Below, piece after piece: positions 24,876 through 36,444 of a DNA stretch of 64,000 nt. This DNA comes from Podarcis tiliguerta (Eukaryota): NCBI GenBank assembly GCA_965153285.1, contig OZ229117.1; one strand, given 5' to 3'. Position numbers and translations under genes: made by a program. Each line of letters opens with the position of its first letter. The first letter of the stretch is position 1. The notes under the pieces are model-generated. The model worked only from the letters and a program-made list of their open reading frames with translations, was not told the DNA's origin and made no database searches.

Positions 24876-27050
24876 GTTTTGTATTTGAGGTTATGGCCGG
24901 AGCGTGTAGGAAGAGGTGGCGGCATGTCCCTTCAGAGAGCTTGCATGCCTGGCTTATCGGTCTGGGGTGTGTGTGTGTGTGTCTGGCTGCTGTTGCATGT
25001 AGGAGGGCCCTTTCCATTTATATCTATCTATAAAATATATAATATAAAATAAGCAGTCCCAGCAGAAGGGCTGGGTGAGTCGTTTGCTGTTATGTTGCCA
25101 TCAATCCTTCTTATGGCAGAATGGCTCTATAGCTCTGGACAGCATCTTCATTTAATATCCTGGCATGTTCCCATTTCTGGAGACAAGTTGCTGAACGTTG
25201 CAAGGGAGGAAAACATTTCCCCCTGACTTTTCCAAGCTTAGATTCTTGCTGCCTTGCATCGCAGCTGTCTCACTCAGGGCCCTCCGTAAACCATAGGGAA
25301 GTTTGGGCACAGTTTTGTTTGGAAGTGGCTACTAAATCTTTAGCTGGCTGCAAAGCTTTAGAACTGTGTTGCTGTTCCTCATTTTCTTATGAACAGAGCA
25401 ATTTGTTGCTTCAGTTTGGTGGTTTTTGCTGCTGATTTACTTTTCATGTGCCACTTTCCCCCTGGGAGCAAAGGGCTCCTTAAAGATCACCAAAAACTAC
25501 CTTGCCAGGTGTTTTGGACTACAACTCCCATCATCCCTCACAATTGCCTATGTTGGCAGGAGTGGGGGTCCAGAGCACCTGGGGAGGCTGTGAATGAGTA
25601 TGAGTGTGCTTTTTCTTTCTCCTACTCCTGCTGCTGACATTTATCATGACACCCCTATGAGGTAGGGCAGACTGACAAATAGTGGTGATTCAGGGCTATT
25701 GGATGAATAAGAGACTTGGTCCTGGGAGTCTTGTGTTCTAGCAATTACTCAGCAGCTTAAAAAAACCCCAGCAACCAGGTACTAAGAAATGGGGGGGGGG
25801 GGCATGTTGTGTAATGCACTGCTTGAAATTTGAGTGTTTTTTCAGCTCTGGACCTTAATACATTCGGTCATAGTTAAATGCCCTGTGGGATTTAACCACA
25901 CATCTATTATTATTATTTTTGTTATAAATCAAAAGTCTGTAGTTTGAAGTAATTGTGTTTAAATGCCACAGCAGATGAATTCTACCACTTACACCTGCAC
26001 AAATCATGCATTTTAATATGATATTTACAGAATTGCTGTGTGTTGACTTGATCTTTTGGAAAGGCACCTGATAAATCTTGTTAATAAAAAAAGGGTTCTC
26101 CCAATGAAGCATGAGAAAGAGGCTCTTCTGGGTGGCGTAGCTTGGCAGGATCCCAGCAAGACAAAGCTCTCTGTTATAACTGAACCAATGTCTGTAGCTT
26201 TTGAGTAACACAAAACTTCTTGCCTAGACCAGTTGTTGCTGAAATACAACTCCCACCATCCTTGGTCTTCAGCCATGCTTTCTGGAGCTGATGGGAGTTG
26301 CAGTTTGGCAACATCTGGAGGGCCAAAGGTTCCTTGCACCTGGTCTCAGTGATACACCAATAGATGTCGGCCCAATAAGAAGAAGCATTAAAGACAACTT
26401 TTTGTTTTAAAATGGAGGTCCAAAGGAAGACTGCCAGGATGTAGGAAGATGCCTAATCTTAAGTCAGACTATTGGTCCATATAGCCCAGGAGTATCTACA
26501 CAACTGGCAGCAGGTCTCTAGGGATTCCTTCCCACCCCTACTTGGATACAGTGAATGTATTTATTCTGTCTTCTGTCCCAAGCAGAAAAGGTTTGCTGCC
26601 TCCTAAATAAGGTGTGCACAGAACTGTCTCTTGCAGTGCATGATGGCAGCCTTCTTGCGAAGAGTAGGAACCAGTCCGGGGGCTTTCATGCAGCTGGTGT
26701 GGCTCAAAGGGCATGGGGGATCGGAGGCCCTTCTGCCCTTCTTCTCACCTCCTTCTGAGGAGAGGAGTTTGCTCAAGGGAAGTTACCCTTTGAGTGTCAC
26801 TCTCAGTGTGGTGCTCTTCATGCAGTTGCCCTGCAGGGCCGTGGGAAGTAATAATAATAAATAATAATTATTTATACCCTGCCCATCCAGCAGGGTTTCC
26901 CAGCCACTCTGGGTGGCACCCAGCAGATTAAATGCAATGCCTCTTCCTTTAATTTGCCACGGTGGGCAACTGCCCTGTTTCCCCCCTGTAAAAATGCCCA
27001 GAGATGCTGGGGATTGAATCTAGGAGTGTCTGCATGCAAAGCAGTTAATT

Positions 27051-27264
27051 ATAAGAAGAGCCTTGATAGGCCAGAGGAACTGACTAATCCAGTATCCTGT
27101 TCTCTGGCTGGTCAGTAAGATGGGAAGCCTGGACCTGAATGCAGCAGTGGAGGCAGAGCATAGCCATTGTGGCTAATTGCCATTGATAGCCTTCTCCTCT
27201 GTGAATTTGTCTAATCTTTTTAAAGCCATCTAGGTTGATGACTATTCCTGCATCTTGTGGTAGG
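27051..27264 (-). mobile_element. CR1-type LINE 3' end fragment
   Basis: Reverse-complement similarity to the 11385-11717 copy (gatagccttctcctctgtgaatttgtctaatc). Confidence 0.65.
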
Positions 27265-29379
27265 TGCTCTTCCATGCAGCTACAGCCCTTCCCATAAGTT
27301 GAATCAATGTAAGCTGAAGGAGAAGGGACTGTGTGCATTTTAAAAGGAAGTTCTGGAAGAGAAGGGGCAGCAAGAGGAGCGGGAGGCAGCTGGGAAGAGA
27401 ATGAGGTGCTAGACCAATCAAACAGGAATGATATGGGGGGGGGGAGGCGCTGGAATGACAGTTGATGTTTCTCCAGGGCAGCATCAAACCTTCAGGTGTT
27501 TATTGACTCACATAACTCCTTTGTGTTCATTAAATAAAAAAATAGTAAATCCAGCCCTCTATAAAGAACTTTGAAGATCACAGTGAAAATTTTGCACCAG
27601 ACATGGATGTGAGGCAGAAGGGATTGGGATGCAGGTTTAGTAAACTCATCCTTTGCTCTGTCCCTACAAAAGGAAGTTGCAGCATAAAGTATATCCTCCT
27701 TAATTTCCATCTGCCAGCTTGGCTTTGCGCCTCTGCTGTTTAGCAACCATCCAGGGCAAGCAGTCCTATGTCATCTGCCACCGTGGCTGCTGTTGATGGT
27801 TCCTTGGAGTTTGCCCAGCTCTGCGTGAAGCAGGCCACTGTTCTTCCCATTCCACAGGGAGGGAACCAAGTGACATGAAAAAGTAACATGCCGTGTGCCA
27901 TATCATGGTATATTATCAGAACTCCCAGAAACACAGAGGGCTTGTTGTCGTCACTGAGATCAGTTTACATGTGCAGTTGGGAGTCAACAAGCTGAGAGTC
28001 GGGCAGTCCAAAACATATCTAAACTGGTCCTTAGTGGGCCAAGGGATGCTTTAGCTTTAGCTAGACAGTGAGCAGTTTGGATGAGATTGCCTTCCTGAGC
28101 CTTGAATAGGCAGTGCAAATTCCAAAAGAAGCATCTTTTGTGTAGGAATTTGTGCACATATGAATCTCTCTTGATTCCAGCCATTGGATTCTCCCCTACC
28201 TGTGATCATCTGTATTCCTGGGAGTTGCAGAGGTTTGGCGTTTCACGTGCCCACATGGCTAAATGGCATCTTCTGCTGTAGTATTCCCAAGTGAAGGAGC
28301 AACCCGCCTTCCCCTTTTTCTTAATTCCTCCTCTGTTACCATTTCCCCTTCACAGGAGCCTCCCTTTCCTGGGAAGGAGAAATGGCAGCTCTTTGTCAGA
28401 GTCTTGTCTGTCATCAGGTACTTTTCAGAAGATCCAGGGCTCCCTGATAGGAACAGCCTTCTCCTGATTTTATCTTGCACCTTATTCCCTCCCTTTATTT
28501 CTAAACCTTGCTTTGCCTTATGGTGCTTTTTTTTTCCTCACAAGGTCGTGGAAAGATCTTGGAGATTGAGCAATTGCACTCATCTTTCTTTTGTCTTTTT
28601 AAGTGATAATGCAGCAAACTTTCCATATGTTTATGATACCTTGTGCATGTGGAAGGCAGTGTATAGGAAGCAGTTGTGCAGCTGGTGTGAACATGCTGTG
28701 GAATGTGGTGCTCTCTCCAGCGGTGTTGAGAGAGGGAAGTGGATAAGTTTTTCTCCTAGAGAGTGAGTGAATTATGCCTGTCAAGTTTACAGAGGAGTGT
28801 GGGTGTGTAGCTAATCTGGCTTTTCTGGTGCAGGAGGTGGTTGTGGAGAGAGATGTAGCTGCTGGACACTTTGCCTTCTAGGCCCACATGTTGTGTTTCA
28901 GTACAGCCTCATTTGTTGCCATGACTTTTCCTCCCATCTCTAAATGCAACAGAGCTAACACTCTTCCTGTCTATCAGGTTGGCTGGCTGGTTTTTACAGA
29001 GATACCCTTTATAGCTCAGCTGCACACAGTATTTTATTTCTTTTTGCTTGTGTTTAAAACCTTTTTCCAGAAGTGAAACAAAACCCCTGATTCCTCTCTG
29101 CAAATACCTTTATATCCTCAGCTCAAGATACTGATAGCCAATTAGTAAGCTAGTCCATTCTCATTAACTTGCTATGTCTGCAAGCTTCATTCATGGGTTG
29201 GTGGGATCTGTAAATGAAGTCTGGCATTCATATGTAGGAGATGCTCTCAGCCATAGCTAGAGAGAGAATGAAATGGTTAGCCAGTAGCCTCCAGGGATTG
29301 CCCTAAGGCAGCCTTCAACTGGGTGTGCTCCAGATATTTTGGACTGCAACTCGTATCAGCTCAGCCAGCACTGCCAATA

Positions 29380-29604
29380 GAGTGGTACCTCAGGTTAAGT
29401 ACTTAATTCGTTCCAGAGGCCTGTTCCTGACCTAAACTTTTCTTAACCTGAAGCAGCACTTTAGCTAATGGGGCCTCCCGCTGCCACAGAGCCACCGGAG
29501 CACAATTTCTGTTCTCATCCTGAAGCAAAGTTCTTAACCCGAGGTACTATTTCTGAGTTAGCGGAGTCTGTAACCTGAAGCGTATGTAACCTGAGGTACC
29601 ACTG
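29380..29604. mobile_element. Tc1/mariner-superfamily (Tigger/pogo-like) non-autonomous MITE
   Basis: Terminal inverted repeats (G)AGTGGTACCTCAGGTTA ... TAACCTGAGGTACCACTG, with TA on both sides (29378-29379 and 29605-29606). Confidence 0.88.
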
Positions 29605-30015
29605 TATTCAGGAATGATGGGAATTGTTGTCAAAAAGTCTTGGAGGTATGAGGCAGGCCGAGGGTGCCCAAAAGTACTGAGCAGCTTCTTGCCAGTCTGG
29701 TTTTAGATTTAGATCAACGTTGTGTGCTGACAGAGACCTGGATTCAAATCCCTCCATAGCCTTGATGTTTACTGACAGCCGGTCATCTTGACCTTGGGAC
29801 AGTAAGAATCTCCACTAAAGCATCATCTATCTCACAAGTTTGTTGTGAGGATAAAATTGGAGTGGGGCTAACCGTGTACAGTATGCTGCCCTGAGTTCCC
29901 GGCCTGATAAAACTATAGCAAATAAAAAGGCTAAGTAAGAAAACTGATGATTTGTGATGGAGGCTGACATCCTTTGTCTCTCCCTCCCCCATCCCCCGCT
30001 TCCATGTTTCCTCAG

Positions 30016-30177
30016 ACATTCCAGAAGGAGCAAGTTGACCCCCTTCAGGCAAAACTGCAGCAAGTCAATGGGCTCGGACAGGGACTCATCCAGAGTGCGG
30101 GAAAGAATTGTGACGTCCAGGGCTTGGAACATGACATGGAGGACATCAACACCCGCTGGAACACCCTCAACAAGAAG
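30016..30177 (+). CDS. MACF1: MACF1 exon TFQKEQ...WNTLNKK (phase 0-0)
   Basis: ctcag|ACA ... AAG|gtgagc, 162 nt. Confidence 0.95.
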
Positions 30178-30755
30178 GTGAGCTGCACTTGGTGGCTCCT
30201 CGGCATTACTAACAACGTACTTCTGCTGGGAGGGGCGGTGGGATACAGCCTGCAGGCACACAAGGTGACCACCTTGCAGAACTAACCAGGCCTGAACATG
30301 GTTGATGCCTGGATGGGAGATGCCTTGGGAACCCCAAGTATGCCACTTTGGGTTCCACGATGGAAGAAAGGTGGGATTTAAATGCACTTCAATTATTTAT
30401 ATTGCATGGGAGCTGTTAGGGTGCAGGAGGAGGGTGCCTGCCCATGAGCAGAGTGAAGATCATTGTCAGTGAAGTCCAGGCCACCTAGTGCTAGGCATGG
30501 AGAATGGATGTGGGCCTTTCCACACACACAGTGTCTTCAAGTACTTTTCTATTCCTGTGTATAAAAGAAGGTAAAAGGGGCACTCTTAGGGAAGTGGATG
30601 GGGGTGGGAGATAATTGTGTCCCCCGGTGGATCATTGTGAGTTGTGTTTGCTTCTCTCTGTATAGATTCTTTCTGGATTCTGTTGCTTGGTCATCCTAGA
30701 GAATGACCAATTATTGGGAAATTGATTTTTACATAAATGTTATTAGTCTCTTTTA

Positions 30756-31216
30756 ATAATAATAATAATAATAATAATTCTTATTTATACCCCGCCCTCC
30801 CCAGCCAAGGCTGGGCCTAGGGCGGCTAACAACCAATAATAAAGACAAGTTGAATGAATACAACTTAAAAACAAGATTAAAATACAACATTAAAACATTA
30901 AAATGCAGCCTCATCACAGGAGGAGAAAGGAAAAAAGAAAGAGGGGGAGGGAATCAAATTGACTCCAAGCCAAAGGCCAGGCGGAACAACTCTGTCTTAC
31001 AGGCCCTGCAGAAAGAAATCAGATCCCGCAGGGCCCTGGTCTCATGAGACAGAGCGTTCCACCAGTGTTGAAAAAGCCCTGGCTCTGGTTGAGGCTAATC
31101 TAACTTCCTTAGGGCCCGGGACCACTAGGGTGTTGCTATTTATGGACCATAAGGTCCTCCGTGGGGCACACCGGGAGAGGCGGTCCTGTAGGTACGAGGG
31201 TCCTAGGCCGTGAAGA
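30756..31216 (-). mobile_element. L2-clade LINE 3' fragment with (ATT)n tail
   Basis: The minus strand translates to the L2 ORF2 C-terminus (HGLGPSYLQDRLSR...LVVPGPKEVRLASTRARAFS), followed by a 3' UTR and a microsatellite tail at 30756-30778. Confidence 0.8.
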
Positions 31217-31357
31217 ACTCAAGAGAAGTAATGTTCTACCTTGCACGGTGACTGTGAAAATGAAGCGAATCTGAGAAGCACTCTTTCCAAATGGTTGACC
31301 AGTAAATGCTTCTGTAGCAATTTATATGTGTGACTGTTACGTTCTGGCAAAATGTAG

Positions 31358-31528
31358 GTGGCGCAGAGGATTGCACAGCTGCAGGAAGCCCTGTTGCATT
31401 GTGGAAAGTTCCAGGATGCCTTGGAGCCTTTGCTCAGCTGGTTGGCCGACACGGAGGAGCTCATCTCCAACCAGAAGCCGCCATCTGCTGAATATAAAGT
31501 AGTGAAGGCTCAGATTCAGGAGCAAAAG
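31358..31528 (+). CDS. MACF1: MACF1 exon VAQRIAQ...QIQEQK (0-0)
   Basis: tgtag|GTG ... AAG|gtgagg, 171 nt. Confidence 0.95.
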
Positions 31529-32048
31529 GTGAGGAGTTGGGGGCCAGGGGACCTTGAACTCACAGAGCACAGCTGGCTGGCAGGACCCACCATGACCTCT
31601 CTCTGTTTTGGGCACTCAGCTCCACCAGCAGCCCCAGGTATCCCCAGTTGACAGGAAAGGTTTCACTTGCTTTCCTTTTGGCAGATGGCTTCTATCTACC
31701 AACTGTGCCATGTCAAATAAGCAGAAGGAAGGAAGGAAAGAGGTTGGTAGTTGATGAGCTTTGCAGAACAGAGAGGGGACAATAAAGGGAGCAGACACCC
31801 AACATTTAGTGTGGAGACAGCCCCCACTAGGAATGGCATAAAAGGCAGCCTTTGTTGGGTGAGGTCTGGGAACTTGAAGTTGATGGTGGTGAGTGAAAGG
31901 GGAGAAAGAGGGCACAGTTAAAAGTGGTAGGAGGGAAATGTGAGTTTAGCAGAGGGGAGCCCTGGGGACTGTTGGCCTTTACTGAAAGCAGAAGGGTAAT
32001 TCCTTCCTTAGCAGAATAATTATCACTTTCTAATACTTTATTCCAAAG

Positions 32049-32215
32049 CTGCTCCAGCGTCTTCTGGATGACCGGAAAGCTACTGTCGAGATGATCCAAG
32101 CAGAGGGTGGGAGAATAGCTCAGTCTGCTGAACCAGCAGACAGGGAGAAGATAGTTGCCCAACTGGAGAGCCTTGGAAGCCACTGGGCAGGACTTCTCAG
32201 CAAAGCCACAGCCAG
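32049..32215 (+). CDS. MACF1: MACF1 exon [10 protein letters not shown]...SKATAR (0-2)
   Basis: ccaaag|CTG ... AG|gtaagc, 167 nt. Confidence 0.92.
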
Positions 32216-32334
32216 GTAAGCTACAAGGCCTGTAGGATGCAAGCTTGTCTGTTGTAATTTAGCACTGAAGTGAGAGAAAGTAACCTTTGCTTTGCGCTTT
32301 CCTCTCCCAGCAAAGTATACTTCGATGTTCTTTT

Positions 32335-32522
32335 GGTAAGCTGCCTTATACTGAGTCGGACATTGGTCCATCTAGCTCAGTACAGGCTACTCTGATTGAC
32401 AGCAGCTCTCCAGGGTTTCAGGCAGGGAGCCTTTCCCAGCCCTGCCTGGAGATGCTGCTGGGGGCTGGACCCCTGGGAGCTTCTGCATGCACAGCAGATA
32501 CTCTTCCATTGAGCTGTGGTCC
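32335..32522 (-). mobile_element. tRNA(Ala-like)-headed SINE
   Basis: Minus-strand head GCTCAATGGAAGAGTATCTGCTGTGCATGCAGAAG and body cctgaaaccctggagagctgctg. Related copies near 12535-12612, 26437-26550, 43967-44085, 48685-48830 and 51865-52020. Confidence 0.65.
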
Positions 32523-33844
32523 TTTGCTCTGGTGACCCTGCTGTTTCATAACACGAGTTATTTTATGAACTGTGACTGCCTGTGCATTGCACACAATAAC
32601 TTTGCAAAACAAGCTGTTAAAGATGCTGTCTCATGCCTGTGCTCTGAATAAAATCACTCTGAACTTCTGCGCCATATGGCGCAACTGAGTGTGGTTAGCA
32701 GGACTGAAGAATACAAACTGTGTCCGCAGGATGGGATGCACTACTTGCAGGAGAGTCTCTTGCTTGTAAAACTCACAAAAAAAACCCCTCTTGATCCTGC
32801 GAGTCCCAGAGCACCATGAGCAGCACGTGTGGAACATGCTTCTGTGCCACAGTATTTCTTTCTTCTTTAAAATATTTATCATCTGCCCTTCACTTGAAGA
32901 TGCCAAGATAGAAATATGTGCAGTATAAACCAAAATCAAACTGTAAGATTAAATCAGAATAAAACAAAAATACAGAATTCAGATACCAGCAGTGGTAGCA
33001 GGTAACCTTTGGCCATCCAGGGCCAGTCCAGGATGTTTTAATGTCTGTGGAGGGCAGTCCTCAAGACCTCCCTTGCAGATGTAAGAAAAAGGGGAGGGTC
33101 CCCTTTCAATGAATGGTAGCTGTGCAAGAACAGAAAACAGCTGTGGTTCATTTCAGAGGAGGCAGTCAGTGCAGGAGAACTTTATGTTAGTGGATTTTGA
33201 ACTGTGCATCAGCTCTGTGTTACTCTCTGCTGGCCTTTAGCTTAACCCCAAGCTGTTACCTCACCCTCCTCCTTTCAAGTACTTGAGGTTGGGATGGAGT
33301 GTTTCTTCCAAACCCAATTTATATTGACACACCTGTGGGCTCATCATTACACATGACTGCATACATACAGCTTTCCCACATATATGAAGCAACCCACAGA
33401 CAAAAAAAAAAAAAGGCTAAGGAACCATGTTCTGGGTATAGAGAGCTGCAGGTTCCCTCCCTCTGTCCCTTGAAGTTTCTGCTTTGCTTCGGGGAGGGGG
33501 CTGTGTGTGTGCAAGAGAGAAGCTTTTCTGCACAGCTCTGGAATTAGATGGAAGTGTAAAATCCAGGGAAAGGGTTATCATTAATATTTTTTAAACCTAG
33601 CAGTTGCAGTCCAGCAACTCCGCAGAGAGTCAAGTGCAACATATGTGAAAATGGACTATATCAGCAATTTCTTCAAGCTGTGTGTCTCTCTCCCCCACCC
33701 CCACCCCGGCTTTCCCACATTTCCTAGACAGGTTTCATTCACATGGAGAAGGGAGAACCCCATTCCTCCTTAGCCCCACCATGTCTAAACATGAGATTTC
33801 AGATCATCAGATCTTTTGCATGGGGCTACCAAAATTACCAATAT

Positions 33845-34365
33845 TTTCACTGAACCCACAATTCCCTTCTTGGTCAATCATCACCACTTTGGGCCCCATC
33901 AGTGTATATATCATTAGGGTTTTGAGGGTTTTTTGTTGTTGCTTTGCTTCATGCATCTATCACTTTATTCATATATTATTTTGTTACCCCCTGCCCTGTT
34001 TTGGAGACATCCTTTTGGAGCTCTTCACAGCCCACTTGGTTGTTCATCATACTGAATACTTTGGTGTCATCCACAAACTTTGTCAGCTCCCTTCTCACTC
34101 CTGTCTCCAGATCATTCCTGAACAAGTTCAGGGGCACCATCAGCTCCAATGCACAGATCCTTCAGGAACTTTACTGCGTGCTTCCTTCCTTCCATTGTGA
34201 GAACTGTCTGTTTATTCCCACACTCTGTTTCCTGTTCTTTAACCGGCTGCTGATCCTTAAGAGGATCTGTCCTTTCACCCTGTGACTGCTGAGTTTATTC
34301 AGAAGTGTTTGGGGAGAAGGACCTTGTTAAAAACTTTTAGGGAGCTCAACTATGCAGTGTCTGCC
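33845..34365 (-). mobile_element. CR1 LINE reverse-transcriptase fragment (degenerate)
   Basis: The minus strand gives RT motifs SRLKNRKQSVGINRQFSQW, VPEGSV, LFRNDLE and KFVDDTK, with frameshifts. Confidence 0.8.
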
Positions 34366-34492
34366 AGACTACATGTTCCAGCAATCTTATTGGCACTCTC
34401 GAACTCCAAAAGGTTGATGAGGCAGGCTCTTGATACATTAATCCTGTCTTTAAAAAAGGGGGGTGGAGTTAATGACCCTAGAGGCTCTTGCC

Positions 34493-34587
34493 CATTCTTT
34501 GCCAAGATGATGCCCTCCAGATGTTGGCTGGGGCTGATGGGAGTGGTAGTCCAAAACATCTGGAGGGCATCATCTTGGCGAAGGCTG
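34493..34587. mobile_element. Palindromic MITE copy with a perfect 25-bp stem
   Basis: 34501-34525 is the exact reverse complement of 34555-34579. Confidence 0.75.
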
Positions 34588-34800
34588 TTCCAGCCAGTCC
34601 TGGAAGTCTCTTAAAATGCTTTCTAGCAGAATCCCTGGTGCAAAAGCTGAACCTAGTTATCTGCTCAACTTTCTCAGGATAAATACTCTGGGTGCTCATT
34701 TCATTCTTTGTTATTGCAGCAATGGCAAAGTAGCTTCATCTTCCTCCTCGCCCCCCCCCCCCAATTGTTGCTGATGGGTTTGGTTTTTTCCTTGCCACAG

Positions 34801-34960
34801 GCAAAACCAGCTGGAGGAGATCCTGGTTTTGGCCAAGCAGTTCCACGAGACATCAGAGCCCATCTCTGACTGGCTTTCGGTGACTGAGAAGAAACTGGCC
34901 AACTCGGAGCCCATTGGGACTCAGACGGCCAAGATCCAGCAGCAGATAAGCCGGCATAAG
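34801..34960 (+). CDS. MACF1: MACF1 exon QNQLEEILV...QISRHK (2-0)
   Basis: cacag|G CAA ... AAG|gtgggc, 160 nt. Confidence 0.95.
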
Positions 34961-36046
34961 GTGGGCGAAGGGTTGCCAAGGAATTGTGCCATGTGGGGGT
35001 GACGAGGGAGCACTGTGCGGTAGGCACTTCAGTAAGAATAGCTGCTGCTGTGGAACCTGAGTACCTGAATAAGATTTGGGGGTGGTTGGAAACATGCATG
35101 TCATAACGGAACAATCCTTAAGCCAAGCTGAGTTGGTTGGAATTCAGGATGAAGATTCTCATGGTTTGTATCCAAGCAAAATGTTGAGCCTCAGAACATG
35201 CAGGACAAGACTGCCAATGACTACTACCCGTGATGACTTATGTTCTGCTTTCACTGTCAGACATAGTATACCTCTGAATAGCAGGTGTGGGAATCAGAGA
35301 CAGGTGGAATGCCCATACACTTGGGTCCTGCTTGCAGACTTCCTACAAGCATTCGTTTGGCTAGTATAAGAGCAGGATACTGGGCTATTGGACTGATCCG
35401 GCAGCAGGGTTGTTCTTAGGTTTTTAACTTTAGTAGTTCCTAGCATATTACCCATATCACTAAATCCTAGAATCCTGCACTTGGTGCAATCCTAGATGGG
35501 TCTGCTTAGAATAAGTTCCATTGGGTTTAGTGGGATATACTCCCAGCTAATTGTGTATAGGATTGCAGCTTTAGAGTGTTTGAACACTTGAGTGATGTCA
35601 CGTCAGCTCAGCCAATCGCAAGAAGGAATCATTGCTGGTGTCAATCAGGGGTCTCTGGGTAGGGAGAATCCTGGCTTATTAGAAGGGAATTGTGTGAGAG
35701 ATACACCCCACCACACACCCCTTTTCCCAAATTCAGTAACTTTTCTTCTTTAAGCTATGAAAATAGCAGCCGCAGCTATAACTCCTGTTCATGAGATTAC
35801 ATGGCCTCCAGAGAAGAATGAAACAAAACTCCCATCTCTCGCTTTTCTTTATTTAAACAATTTATTTTGTATATGTTATTGCCCTCGTGGGTGGATATTT
35901 TTACTTTGAGTTTGCATGATCATCAGACACGCTCATTTCTCAGTTTTGATTTAGATTTGTTTCCCGTTTATTCCATTTCCAGTCATAAGTTTCTGTCTGC
36001 TTGTTTTGTGTTCCCCCTTCTCTGAAACCGTCTCACGGATCTCCAG

Positions 36047-36373
36047 GCCCTCGAGGAGGAGATAGAGAGTCACGGCTCAGCTGTGGCTCTGGCGGTCAAC
36101 ACTGGACAGTCCCTGGCCTCCTTGAGCTGTCAGGCTGAGCAGGCCTCGCTGGCTGAGAAGCTTGACCTGCTTGAGTCCCGGTATGCAGAGGTTTGCGACC
36201 GGTGCGGCCGGAAGGCTGCCCTTCTTGACCAGGCCTTGTCCAACGCCCGGCTCTTTGGGGAGGACGAGGTGGAGGTGCTCAACTGGCTGGCTGAGGTTGA
36301 GGACAAGCTCAGCTCAGTAGCCGTCAAGGATTACAAGCGGGACATCCTGCAGAGGCAGCATGCCGACCACCTG
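36047..36373 (+). CDS. MACF1: MACF1 exon ALEEEIESH...QHADHL (0-0); 109 aa, likely cassette exon
   Basis: tccag|GCC ... CTG|gtactg, 327 nt. Confidence 0.93.
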
Positions 36374-36403
36374 GTACTGACTCCTTTTCCCATCTTTCAT
36401 GAT

Positions 36404-36404
<1 letters not shown>

Positions 36405-36444
<40 letters not shown>
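36405..36444. repeat. (ATT)n microsatellite, about 13 units
   Basis: Read directly from the sequence. Confidence 0.95.

Noticed and set aside
28263-28766. 167-aa ORF ending at a GA|GTGAGT donor as another coding first exon
   Set aside because: The donor is phase 2, incompatible with the phase-0 exon at 30016, and the protein is unrecognisable.
33682-34285. Plus-strand ORFs of 172 and 113 aa
   Set aside because: They are the antisense of a degenerate CR1 RT fragment.
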